Positions 25,935 to 39,270 of a DNA stretch of 64,000 bases are shown here, piece after piece; the first letter of the stretch is position 1, and each line of letters opens with the position of its first letter. The stretch lies in assembly GCF_008831285.2 (NCBI RefSeq), contig NC_045138.2, positions 40,052,001 through 40,116,000 of the forward strand. Reading direction: 5' to 3'. Both the position numbers and the translations under genes were made by a program. This DNA is from Nymphaea colorata. Lineage: Eukaryota. Below the pieces are notes generated by a model. That model did no database searches. It was not told where the DNA came from and saw nothing but the letters and a program-made list of their open reading frames with translations.

Positions 25935-28900
25935 CTAATTCGGCAAAATTGGCAGTCTGTCTATGTCAGGACTACTTTTTGTGTAACCGGTACTGTTAGT
26001 GTCCACATCATTTTCAGATTCGTTACCAGGTTCATTGGCACCAACTTCTTTCCCGTGATATGGAAGAATTCTCAGTCGCATTTTGTGCTCCTTTCCAACT
26101 TTCTCTGAACTTAGCCGGTAACTTTTTACAAGATCCATTTGCATGGCAATGATCTTTGTTGGTCTTGGAAGCAGTTCCACCTGCTGTCCTTTCGGGATTA
26201 CAATGTGCTCGATGGCTAGTCTGGCTTCCTGCTTACAACAAAGCAGTTAGAAATTTGGTTTAATTAATAAACAGCATCTCTGATTATAGATTACCTAGTT
26301 AAACTCATTCCTCCTAGAGTATAAAAACATGCAATACATCCTCATTCCTCACCTCTAGGGCATCAACTTTCTCAGGTGATGTGCCATCAGGTTCATCAGT
26401 AAGCTTGCTTCCATAATCGAAGTCATAAGACAGTTCACTCATTATTTTATTTATAGCTTTTGTTATATGCGTAGCAGATGATGACTGCAGAAAGCATCAG
26501 ATTCACATGATTCAAGCCATGACCATGAAAATGCTTATCGATTGTAACTTCTAAAATGATCAATGCTTCAAGACATTACCTTTGTTGCATGAATGGGAAT
26601 GTCAAGGGATCTTGCTACTCCTTGGATGCGTGAATTCTTCAGCTTGGATTGCAAGGCAAGCAACGCATTTGCTTTGCTTATATCATCAGTTAGATTTACG
26701 AGGTCCTCAAGCTGTAGAAGTTTGAGTGCTTGCAGAATGTTTGACTCAACAAGCTGAAAAAGACCACATGCACCTGGGTAAGAAACTTTCACCTATTACT
26801 TTATTATTCTCAGTAGCTAATGCATCTCAACCACGATTAGTGCAAGTATAATATAGATACACGGTTAGCCTATAGCAACATATGCACTCATGCAAAGCAT
26901 GAGGAAGGACAACTAAATATATGTTTTCCAAAGCACATGGCCAAGCTCAAGATAATAAATAATGTTCTGTAAGAAATTTTTCTTACCCCGTATACATAAA
27001 GATAGATGTGGATGTTCTTTGTGTAGGAATCCTTCACCGTATTTGTCGTATTTTCAGCAATAGGTTCCTCACGTGCAATATCCCTGCCATCTATCTCACA
27101 ATTATTATCATCAGTAATAGTTCTTTTTTGTTTCCAGGTTGTTGCATCATGTGAAATTTCACTGTTCAGAGTACTAGGCCCTTCACGTGTAAATGGTTTT
27201 GCATTTAGGCAGCGGACCTCATAAGTGGGGAAACGACCTGTCACATAAAACAGAAGTTGGAAAACGTGAGATCAAAGATTTGAACAAACAACTGTTACAA
27301 ATTGATCATCCATCCTAGCAGTCAAAATTTTACCCGCAAGAAGACTATCAACTGTTTCTTCCAGATTACGATGGACTCGCAGCTCAGTTTTTGACATAAT
27401 TTCCACACCACAGTTAAATGTTGCTGGGCCTTTTCTCTCAAGGATGGACTTTTGGACGCCTCTCCTTGTGGCCTCTTCATCGCCAAGTGTCACACTCTTC
27501 AATTCATGCATAAAAGCAAAAGATCAGAAAGTAAAACTTTCCTTTCTGCTTCACTTGATATTTCTAAAAACATCAATGCAATTGTAACCACCTATATCAC
27601 AGTTTCAACTTTCATGTATAGGTAGAGTACCAATCAATGTAGTAAAAATCAGTTCCTAACACCAGATTCATCAATTCAGCTGAATCAGTTGTGAATCAGG
27701 AAAAATATTTTAGAAATCATTCAAAATACATGAAAATAATATAAATTAATTAAGCATATAAAAAAATCTTAAGATATTTTGAAAAAAAATTAAAAGCTCA
27801 TATGTGACACCCATGAATCAGCCAGAAAATTGAATTGGTTTGCCACCAATTCAATTTGAATCAGCTGATCCAGGCCAATTCTGACAATATTGGTACCCAT
27901 GAAGAGAATATGAGAACAGACTGACAAAATGTAAGTATATATATATATAAACACACATACACAGGAAATGGGTTCGACCTTTCTTTTCTCTCCCACTGTA
28001 TCACTTTTTTCTCCCTTCATTTTTTTATTTTTTCCCATCCACACAATCATCCTCCCTGCCTTAGGAATGATGGATGTTAGGTAGAGGGAGGAGACCTGAA
28101 AAACAGTCCACTTGGTTCTGGTTTTAGTATTTTACACATTTTCCATAGGGGTGAGAGTGAAACGCCGTGTCATGCATGTCAGCACCATCCCCAGCACAAG
28201 ATACTCCCTATCTCATGTACTAAGTGCCAACTGCCAAACCTGCACCAGCACCACGTCCCATCCACACGCAGATGCATCAAGCATACAGAAATGTCCAATT
28301 TAATATGTATCATATGTATCATACAGTTAGGTTTCCTTTGGACCTAGTCTCCGTCAACATGACATAATAGTTACAAATTTGTAATTTCCAGTATGTTCAT
28401 CCTTGTGCTAAAATTTTGGTACCTCCTTTCATGTTCAAAATTTTCCTCGCCTATAATGTACTCACCTGTCAGTTCAAAGAAATGTCGAAGTTCAGGATGC
28501 TCTCCTCAGAGTATTATCTTCATGTCTAATCCTAATTTGTTGCCCCTTAAATTAATAGATCACATAATCATGACAAAAGAAAATAAGTGACCTAAAGTAG
28601 TTACCATACAGACTCCTAATAATGGAATGTGTATTTCTAGTGCTTCATATGTCAGCTACTAGACTACTACTATATGATGTTGAATTTGCATTTCGATATT
28701 AACCTGAGATTTGTTTGATTGCTATAACAAGTATTGATGTAGTACTTTCTACTCTAGACAACCAGAGCCCTTGAGGTCTTAACTATCCCTGCTTTCGGAT
28801 AACTAGTGCATAAATAGAAAAGCAATGCCTTGTTATTGTTTGCATTGGATGTGATGTGCTAAAAAAATGCAAAGGAAATAAAGGAACATTTCTTCCATTA

Positions 28901-31900
28901 CTCTAAGGGGCAGTGAAGTCTTTCAGGCTCATTAGTGGCAACTACTAGATTTGCCTGTCAAAAGAAAAAGGGAAAGACAACTTGAAGCCTTCCAATCCAG
29001 AAAACTTTTACCGTGGCAGGCAATCCAAGATGACACACAACATCATTCAAACTAGAATAAGGCATCCTGCATATCTCTTCGTGAACTTTGATTGACAACA
29101 AGAAACATAGTAAGTCTGACCTGGGATGCACTTATAATGAACAGTCAATAAAGACTAAATGTTCAGCAGCCACTTTACTTGTATTCCTCCCACAAGAATG
29201 TCCAAAGAAGGGTTCATGACTAAGTTCTCAAATGTCACGCCATGAGCTGTTGCAACAAGCTGAATTCCACGCTGGGCAATTGTACTGGCTGCAAGTGCCT
29301 CAAGCTTAGTACCTATTTCATCTATTACAATCACTTGAGGCATGTGGTTCTCCACTGCTTCGATCAAAACCTGGGACAAGTGCACAGAAAACATCAGCTA
29401 AGAAACTTTCAGTTGACACCATGTATTCAGCCACTTGGTAGGATGAAGTGTTTAACCAAAAATTAAATTAAATTAAATAATATAAGAATCAAATAAATTA
29501 AGAAAAAATTAACATTTGTGTGATAGTTAGTAAATAAACTAAGTTGACTAAAAGAAAAGAGGCATAGTTTGTGAATTTGACCAGAAGTGCTCTGAGAAAT
29601 TGTTTAAAAGGTTCAAGAGAAAACTACATAGCTGCATGTTGTCGTAATGTTTATTGCTTGTTGTAACTGTTCGCAAGCAATAAATTCTATAAAGTCTCAA
29701 AAACGCATTTGCACAACAAAAATTCATGAAGACATTGATATATCTCTTCATCTGTGTTCATGGCATAATAGTGATCTGTTAGTTAAAGTAACTGGCTAAT
29801 GCATCTTTTAGCCATCTAGTAAGCCCACCATCTAATTTAACTATAAGAGAACTATTAATGAACACAAGGTCTTGCTTTGTATAATCTTCCTTAATGTTTA
29901 TGGAAACAAAATAGAGGAATTTTACAAAAAAATGGTGGAAAATGTGTGTGTGTGTGTGTGTGTGTGCAAGAGAGAGAGAGAGAGAGAGAGAAGGTTCTGC
30001 CCTTGTATTTGAAGAAAGAAATTGTTTTTAACTTTTTACTTTAATTTATGAAAGCTGAATAAATATCAAATTTCCATACTAAAACTACTTACTAGTTATA
30101 ATATTTGCCATGCTTAAAAAAAATAAATTAAAATGAATAACTTAAATAAAGTAAATTAAAATTAAAATTCAAAATTGAAAGAAAATAGGATAGCAAGGAG
30201 TTATATGCAAAAACGTCTAAGCCTCTTCACAACACTTTTGAGAAAGAACTTGCCAGTGAGTAGGGACGTAGTTGATTATTGTGTGTTTGTATGTACAATA
30301 GCCTATATAAGTTCAATTAGACTGTTCCAAATCTTAACTTCTTTTAACTCTTTCCTTGAGAATATTGTTGTGCTAAAATGTGTAGTACATACAACATTTA
30401 GTTACACTTTGTAATTGACTCCAAGATGGCTGGATGCGGTGGGACTTTAGCCCTGAAAAGATGAAACTAATGCCCTTTTACTTAATCCAACTGCCCTTCT
30501 TGCACTCAAATCTTTTATATTCTGCAAGGATCTCACTGCCCCTCTGCTAGAAGATTCACAAGTTCCATAATTCCATTAACTCATGTTACGCAAATGCACC
30601 TAAAATAACTGCAGAGTATACATTAGGTGAAAGTAACATAATTCAATCCACATGTTGATAACCTTATGTTGCATATCAGCATTTGGAACTTGCATTCTGC
30701 GAGCACCACCAATACCTGCATGAGGAATATCTCCATCACCGCCTATTTCATTTGATGTATCAACAATCATGACCCGTTTGCTATAATCATCAGCCAGCAT
30801 TCTAGCAATTTCTCTGCACAAAATCAAGGATTCGACAATGCCAAGATGAACTCTTCATGTTCACATAATAATGTAGGGTCGTCCTAGAATACAACCACGT
30901 AATCCTCAAGGAATTGAGGAAAAAATTAGCAAGTAGAGCCAACTGTCCAAAAGGAAGGGAAAAAAGGACAAAGGACATGAAAATAAAAACGAACTGATAA
31001 AACCAAAAAACACATAATTTGACAGATTTCGAGTCCAAATCAAGATAAATGCACCAGGATGACCAAAACTCTTTTTGGTTGATCAAATAATATAGTACCT
31101 AATGAGCGTGGTTTTTCCAACACCAGGTGGGCCAATTAGTAATAGAGAAGCTCCATCTTTTACCAAGTCCCGCACCATATTTGCACTGCCAGTCACTGCT
31201 CTTCCAACTCGACAGGTCAAACCTACAATTACACCCTTCCGGTTTCTTATAGCGCTTACACGATGTAAGGTTCGACTGATTCCAGCACGGTTGTCATCAG
31301 CAAAATCACCAACCTGACACGGACAAACCACATATCAGACTAGAGTCCACTTCTTGAAGCACGCCTCTGATTTTCTTATTAGAATTTACTGAAATTTGTA
31401 AAAAAGGAGACGCCCTAAATTAGAGAATTCCATGTATGCCACAATCTCAAAAGATGTTACTTAGCAAATATTAAAACTCTACTCTGCGGAGTGCGGAGGT
31501 CCCTTGGAACGAGAAGTGGAAGAAAAAAAAAAAAAACATATGTGCACCAACTTACGTCTTGCCCAGTAAAAAAGGAAAATAACGAATTGAACAATTTTTG
31601 TTCACACAAAATCCTCCAGAAATTTCAATGGCAGATGACGAAAAATAGCAATTCTCATCTTCCCATCTACCAAACTATTCCATCCATCTCCAGAAAACAA
31701 AATCAGACTTCTCAACAGCCAGGCGAACAAGACGAATCCATGAGAAGCAAGTTCACGACGTCGAACACGAGTTTTAATCTGAATAGTTAGTTGAGCATTT
31801 TCTTTCGTAAATAACGAGTTAAGATTACGGATTCAATCAGCTCACTGCACTCGGGAATCCAATCGAAAAGCGAAATAAACAGGTTACGCTGAGACGTTAA

Positions 31901-32449
31901 AGACAATTAACTCAAGATGCCCCAATTCGCATGACGGTATAACACTGCATACAATTTTATCGTGGAGGAATTGGAGGCAGGGTGGATCGAGCTTACCAAG
32001 GATGTGGCTTGCTGCAAGTCTAAGAAATTGACAGGCGTCTCGGAGAGGAAGAAATCGCCGGAAGGGAACCGGGCGAGCGGCCGCCGGCCCAAATCCATTA
32101 CCACCTCGATCAAGTCAAGGAATTCAGGGTGCTCGCGCAGCTTCGCTCGCATAGAATCAGGCAGAAGCTCCAAGAGCCGATCCAACTCCGCCTCGAAACC
32201 GCTCGCCGATACCGCCGAACCGGCAGAACCATGGTGGTTGTTCTTGGCGCACGAGAGTGCGAAGATAGCAGTACGACATGGTACGTCAGAAGAAGGGGTA
32301 AGAGGGGCCGAGGAAGGGAGATTGCAACGGCTCAGAGGGAAGGGTGAACGGAGGAGAGGTGGCGCTTTCAGATGGAGACGAGAATGAAGGTGGAAAGTAT
32401 GGATTGAATTGGGCGGGAGAGACGATGGCGGGAATTGGCAGGAGAACAT
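25935..32449 (-). CDS. ycf45: ycf45/SpoIIIAA-like AAA+ P-loop NTPase (At1g73170-like), ~674 aa, probably plastid-targeted; exons 32449-31997, 31313-31099, 30813-30663, 29370-29179, 27496-27334, 27237-26987, 26753-26580, 26484-26353, 26228-25935
   Basis: Motifs [16 protein letters not shown], Walker [26 protein letters not shown], Walker [38 protein letters not shown]...VELLPR. Ser/Pro-rich transit-like N-terminus; all GT-AG; 2025 nt in frame. Confidence 0.9.
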
Positions 32450-33128
32450 CGAGGTCAAGGGCTTCACGCTGGTTGGCCGCCGCTATTTTCCTAGTACGTG
32501 GTTCCTTTGGTTGGCTTCTCGCCGGGTGAGGCCCCGGTCGTCGGCCTTCTCCGCCAGCGATAAGGCACCAGGCTCCAGCTACCAGACGAGCGCCCACCCG
32601 GCAAGAAACAAAGCATAACCAGGCCACAGTTGTCTTCACGATTTGGCTAACGGCTCTGCCCGGTATCCAGCGGTCTGGATCTGGTTCAGCACGAGCGGTC
32701 TGCGTTCCCGGTTCCAACGCCCACCCAAGCCGGGTAGTTAAGGTTGTCTGTATCGCCGGTTCGCGCCTGGCGGGTGTCCCGCAAACAAAGGACGGAGAGT
32801 TACACGAAAGTCATACCGCCCTATTATCCTATAAGCTTTGAGCAATACAAACATGGACGGCTTCACGCTTGGTACGTCTTGTTCTAAAAAATTGTCCATC
32901 TTAGAAAAAATTTTATTGGAAAAAATGTTCTTGGACAAGCATGACGAATATTTCATTCTAAGATTGAAGGCGAGGGTTACACGAAATGTTCTTGAAAATA
33001 TGTGAGCATACTTTGGTGGGAAAAATGCGTCAACCAAACATTGTCTCCAATGAAATTTCATCTCGCACGCACGGGTGCTAAGTGATAAAAGAAAGAAGAA
33101 CTCATCTTCTTTTTTCTTTTTTTATTAC

Positions 33129-33350
33129 ATGTATAAGACCGAATCCATTCCATTTTAAAAAAGAAATACTAATTCTTAACTTTCCGAGTAATCTTCCAAC
33201 AATGGTTGTGAATGATTGACTGACTTTCTCAATCTTTTCGACCTTGGTTCCGTAAGAGCAAGTCAGAAAGATTGAAAAATAGAACCATCTTATTCGATTC
33301 GTTCACAATAGCTATGAGATGATCATGTTATGGTGATATTTGTGTCGACG
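33129..33350 (-). other. NUPT: plastid ndhB group II intron fragment
   Basis: gtataagaccgaatccattc...ttggttccgtaagagcaagtcagaaagattgaaaaatagaaccatc...gagatgatcat...gtcgacg matches my recollection of the plastid IR ndhB intron, with scattered substitutions. Confidence 0.75.
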
Positions 33351-35606
33351 ATATTTCTTTGCAAAATTGTGCTTAATTTCATATGTGGCAATTTTACCAA
33401 AATCTCTTTGTTAGTTGGAGATATATATATATAGTTACTTATTTGATATTCGAATTTCACTAACCTTCCAGTATAAGTGGACTTTGCAATGGAAGTGTCG
33501 GCAGATCAAGTTTAATGGCAGTAGTAGTTTACGAGATTCGTTCTTTTATTCCAAAACCATTTGAGAAGGATCAATTATACTCAACCTTCTCTCTAACTAT
33601 AAACCCATTTGATCAGCTTTATATAAGAAGGATCTAAATGCTAGCCCCTTCCAAATGCTATCATTGATTCCCATTGAAGGCGCTTGGCGGTAACAAAAAA
33701 TACTGCAATCTTTGAAATGCAACATTATCTCATAAATGTCTCCTAAACATTAATATTCATGTAACATTAATTCTCATGTACAGTTTTCGATACTCAAATT
33801 TGAATTCTAGCATGAAAACTTAATCAAATTAATTATGACAGGGTTTCCTTTCTTTTTCCTTGCATCCAAACAAGTTTTTTTTTTTTTTGTTCATTTCTCT
33901 CATCTTTAATTAGGGAACCAAATAGAGCTTTTTACCACCCTTTCCCTCCTTTTCCCTGATTTTCCTTCCATCCAAACATGGTGTAAGTCAAACATGAACG
34001 TCTTGTACATTTTCCATGCATTTCACCTCAGATAGAGGTGAGCCGATTTTGGGCATTATGAGAACCGTTCATTTTCTCTTGTCAATCTAATCAGGATGCT
34101 GCATTGACAACCAAATTGATGACTGAAATTGTCAAGTGACTTGCACAGATGCTACATTTCTAAAATTGGTGTTCACTTAGTTCCCGCAATCAAACGAAAC
34201 AACCTTTAGACTTGGACGAATGTAAGATATGGAACAAGCAGCACGGATATTCTCCGGTGCTAAACGACATAAGGAGTCGGTGTCGAGTCAAGTTGGGGCC
34301 GAATGAAACCAATAGAGCTTTTAGACCCTTTATTCGTTGAATCATGTGCATCAAATATAATCATAAATATATGTTATGGCACCATGTGTTGGCTGTTCTC
34401 CAATAAGATTATTTAAATTTTGGAGCCTCAAAATGTTCCGTTCTTATACAAAGCTGTTGCTTCCTTGATGATGAACAGTTCCGATCTAAAGAATTGGAAT
34501 TCATATTGATAGAGAGATCGAATTTATTTTAGTTTAATTAAAGAAAACGATTTCACGTCGGACTCTGATTAGGTCAGACTCGATTGAGCCCTCCACTTAC
34601 GTTTCTGTACGGCGCCTAGCAGTAGGGATTTGAGTGAAAAGAATCGAATCAAAATGTACGCTTAGCCCATTGGATGGATGTTTTCAAATTCGAATTTGAA
34701 TATGGACGGTCCGAAAGTCTAATAGCATATCTCAATCAATTTTTTGTGTTCACATTCTGGATCTCACTTTTGAACGTACCCACCAAATTCAACTTTTAAA
34801 ATGTATGGGTATTGAATGTAAGAATCCAAGTTGAAGTCGGATTTCAATTTGATATTTATTTGAAGCAGAACCTAACTCGTATGGGTATAAGCATGTTTCC
34901 GGTATGAATATGTTGATATAAGATGACGATTTTTAAAAATATGGGTATGGGAGTACGACCAAATATATATATAATACAAAACATCAAAATGATAGTAATA
35001 TTTAAATAAAAAAAGTGATGTAAATAAAAGCACATGTTAATGGGTAATAACCAAAAAACTATAATTAAACCTGAGTTCAAAAAATTAAATCAGCAGTTTG
35101 AATCAATTTTACAAAAAAAAAAAAAAGCTCAAGTCTATCCAAATACTACTTTAAGTACACGAGTACAGACTTTGTTGCGGACGTGAATACATGATTTTAC
35201 TGAAGTACCCATGTGACTTTTGCCGAACTATTTGATTGGATGTCAAAGTTTTTAATTCTTAAACCAATTCGATCCGACTTTTAATCTGATGATAATTTTT
35301 TATTTTCATATATTCGATCGGGTTTTTTTTTTCATATATTCGGTCGGATGCTGATCCGAATCCAATTGATTGACATGCACATGAACTACGAAGCGCGTAA
35401 AAAGTGAAAACAGAATCCGATCGAGATCCAACCCGACCCGCTTCAAAAGTTTGTGTGCCGAGTTCATAATTCGAAGGTTTTGTCCAAATATCGGGAAAGC
35501 GGGGGCGGCCTGGGATGGGAGCGAGCCCGGGAACCAACGTTTTGATTTCAAAGCGGAAAACGGGAGGCCAAATCGGGAAGAAAACCAAAAAAAAAAAAAA
35601 GGAGCG

Positions 35607-35686
35607 TTTGGCGGAAAATCGAGCGCACCCAACCCCGAGCGAAAAACCGAGACGAGTCCCCCGTTCTTTCAAATTTCAAATTCAAA
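35607..35686 (+). promoter_or_regulatory. Cell-cycle promoter module: E2F site, MSA core, three CHR-like elements
   Basis: TTTGGCGG 35607-35614; CCGTT 35661-35665; TTCAAA at 35668, 35675 and 35681. Confidence 0.55.
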
Positions 35687-35946
35687 CTTTCCCTCGGGCC
35701 GGCCGCCTCTCTCCGTCCAGGCCTCCAAATTTCGCGTTTTAAAAAAAGAGAACCAGAATCCCGTCTCCCTCCCGAGCCATTATTTTCCCAAAACCCAAAT
35801 TCCCCTCCCCCGCCTCCACTGCGGCAGCTTCCTTGCCCCTTACAAATAGGCCGTTCCCTCCCCACCTTCCCTCCATCTCCTTCCTTCCTCCTCTTTCCTC
35901 CATCGCCGTTGCCTACCCTTCTTCGTCCCCTCCGCAGGCGTTGAGA

Positions 35947-36303
35947 ATGGATCCTCGCATCAGCTACGGCAGCAACAAGGAGAACGTTGCACCGTGTTTC
36001 CCTCCTTCAGCTTCCAAGCACGGCCTCCGCCCTTCGCTTCCTCTTGCGAAATGCAATAAGGTGGTCAGGCGGAGGAAGCCGCTGGAAGACATCACCCATC
36101 TCTTCGTTCATCGCCTCCAATTCGGGGCCGCAAGATCCCGCTTCGCTTACTCGATCGACCGGGATCTGGTTTCGAGCGGTGGCGATGTCCTCTTCTGCTT
36201 CAGATATGGTGGTGGTTTGCCCAGACGGGCGAGCCAGGCGAAAACTAAGGCTCCCGTGACGCAGAGGACGAGTCGGCTCTCCCTTAGGAAGAGCTTCCGA
36301 TAG
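35947..36303 (+). CDS. Uncharacterised 118-aa basic protein with KEN box, D-box and C-terminal FR (UVI4/OSD1-like motif set)
   Basis: ATG at 35947 after a pyrimidine-rich leader; GC-rich intronless ORF MDPRISYGSNKENVAP...RRRKPLEDITHLF...RLSLRKSFR*; U-rich 3' flank. Confidence 0.8.
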   Translation: MDPRISYGSNKENVAPCFPPSASKHGLRPSLPLAKCNKVVRRRKPLEDITHLFVHRLQFGAARSRFAYSIDRDLVSSGGDVLFCFRYGGGLPRRASQAKTKAPVTQRTSRLSLRKSFR

Positions 36304-38111
36304 CCTCGCTTCTTTTCTTTTTCTTTTTTTTGTTTTTTTTTTCTTTTTCTCAACAAGTATGTCGATACAGACGGCAAATCCTGGTGGGGAATTCGGAATG
36401 TGGGTATATGTGATGATGAGCTGGGGGCAACAGTTTGTTGTACCTAAATAAAATTCAGTAAAGGATTTTTCTTCTTTTGATCTCTTACAGATTCTTCTCT
36501 CCTTCTTGATTCCACCTGAGATTCCATGAATGAAAATTGAGCTCCGTGTAAACGGAATAATCAGGAAATTTGCGTAAGAATGCGATTGTGATGTTCGCTT
36601 TTATGTAATGGGCTAATGGCTTCCCAGTCCTCCCAACGCCGGCAACTGGACCAACACCGGAAATTCATGGTCAAGAATCAAACAGGTCTACTGATACTTT
36701 ATCTGTAAGATGTTGTAGGTTCCAACTGCGATTCAACTATAACCAATCTCCCTCATCTTTCGTTTGATTCCTGGAATTAAAACCCGACGTTTCGCAAGCA
36801 TCCGGAAGGCGTCTTGATCAATATCTCATGGAATCACGGTGACCCAAGTAGCTAAGCTCGACTTTGCTACCACTGGAGTATGATCGATGCCAACAAAAGG
36901 TGATTTATGTTGTGCTTAAGGATTCTGTCCTTGGAATTCTTCTGCTACTTGTTCTTCCAAACATCTACGATCACGAAATCTCCCACGGAAAGCGCGCCAG
37001 CTTGCATGAAGATGGTGGATCGTGGTGTTTGCTTGCGTAAGCATCCTTCTGGGAATCCTTTCTGGGAAAATTTTTCCTTGGCGCCCAAGCATTGTGAAGC
37101 TTTTCATTTCCCGCGCTTATTTGATCATAGAATTTGGGCATGTTCCCGCAGAAACAGCGGCCAGCCTCCTCTGTCTCGTTATTTTATTTGCAAATATAGA
37201 TCAATTTTAAAAGCTATATATCGAAAGGATTGATGTATTAGGAGAGGCTGTAGCTGTCAGGTTTAGATTCCCATGCACCTCGCGTTTGTTTCATGGTGAG
37301 AGAGGATGGGAAAATCTAGAAAGTAAATTTTTTATGAAAGCGCGGTCATTCAAAATGGGGAATGTTTGGATATATTCTGATCTGAGACACTTGAATTCGA
37401 TAGAGAGATTTTCATATATACCTGTTTGCAATTAAAAAATCTGATATTTGCATTTGTTTTGAATATTTCATTTCCAATCCGCGTCGGAACTAAATTAAGC
37501 AACATCTCAATCGCTCGAATCTGATCCGTTTTCGGCAATTTTGACATCAAACGAGATATATGAAGTTCTCTAGAATTTGTAAATTTCTTGCAGACGTTTG
37601 CATTTAATTATCCTATTGCTCACTCGGTTAATTTTGACTGACATTTGGTTTTTCTTAATACAAGCCTCAATTTAGCCAAGAATTGCAGAGAAAGCATATT
37701 GTAGATCATGCAATAAAAATTTATACTTTTCAAATTGTATGTTTTAGTCAAAAAGATTGTTTTTTTTAACTTTATAAAAGCATTACACATTTTATTTATT
37801 TATTAATATTTTAATTGCATTAGCTTCAGAAAAGATTTCTTATAAAAACAAAAAAAATACCCCTCCAAAGAAACGGTAGAATAAGGGTTTCTGTATTATC
37901 CATCTAACATGGAAAACGGCATCGTTTTTAACCTGGTTGGCGCATTAATGGGAACGTCTGCAAGTTTTTTGAGATTATTCAAAAAATGTGGTCCTTCGGT
38001 AGAAATTTTCATAAAATTAGCGACTGAGCGAAGGCTACAAGGTGTACTTTTAGGACAGCGACGCCATTTTATTAAATGACTGGCACTAAACGGACTTTCC
38101 GCTTTCTTGAA

Positions 38112-38128
38112 TTTCCCGCCTTCCCGCG
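38112..38128 (+). promoter_or_regulatory. Tandem E2F sites upstream of the At4g18490-like gene
   Basis: TTTCCCGC (38112-38119) followed by TTCCCGCG (38121-38128) in a CpG patch at the AT-rich to transcribed boundary. Confidence 0.6.
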
Positions 38129-39270
38129 CGCGGGCAACTACAAATACCTTCAAATGGGGACGACGTTCCTCGCCAGTTAGTAAGTACGAGAGAAGTCGAT
38201 CTATCTAGACGGAGACTCCATATGTCCAGAGAAACAGAGGTCGATTGCTCTTCAGACGTAAGAAATTCAACGAATGGAATTTCCAATTGTTTTTCATCAG
38301 GAATCTATCTTGAACGATAATTGAATTTGATTCTTTATATAAAGATTTTGATTATTGAAATCAAGTGCATCTGAGAAGTGACTGCTCTCCAGATGCAAGA
38401 ATTGGATGCTTCCAGACGGAGACGCAATATCTCCAGAGGAAGACAAGCGATTATTCTTCAGATATAAGAATGCAATGGTTCTTGATCTGATCTGACAAGA
38501 GTCTCGGTTTTTCTTGAAAACCATCTTGAACGATGGAAACTTGAACACGAAGCTTTCTTTTCTTTCTGGCCTTAAACTTTTGCCGAGATTATGGTATTAT
38601 AGTTTGCACGTGGAAGAAACCAAGAAATGAACAATCTCGTCTATTTTCCTTGATCTGCGACATTATGCTGTTAACCACGACTGCTCAAGGAGTTGGCCCA
38701 ATAATTTGCAAAACGTCTGCTGATTTTATGTGTTGTGGAGATGCTCCGATGCCTGAAGCCATTCGTAACCATTTTGTTCACCCAAAGGAAAATGATGTGA
38801 TCGGAGGGAAAAGGGTGTAATGGTAAAGTATGGCTGCAATAGCCAATAGATATGGACTTCTAACAGAAACTTCCAATGCTGAACTTTCAGACACTTCAAC
38901 TGAACATAACGTGATAATGAATTTCTTTCTGTCTGTAACATTCTTCTGTAAGTGAGATATTACCCGAGGGCGTGCTTGGTTCTAACAGTTCTAATGCTTT
39001 TTCGAGTTGTCTTTACTCGCCTTGGAATGAATACACAGGTACTAGCAAAAATCGGCATCTAAACTTTAAATTCTATTACGTTTCATGCGTCAGATAATTT
39101 TCTTAATGTACTCTTAAGTGGATTCTCCTGATGTATATGAAGACTGACTATTATTTATTCTGGTATTTCATCTTTTCCAACCTTGATCTTTTTTTTCCTG
39201 GAATCTAGAAGTCGCTTCAGAGATCATAGCGCATTAGGGCTCCTGGAGATCTTTCATATCAGACCAACAG

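Noticed and set aside
35833..35946. N-terminal extension of the 156-aa ORF call
   Set aside because: Starts at TTG and runs through a pyrimidine-rich 5' UTR; the first ATG is at 35947.
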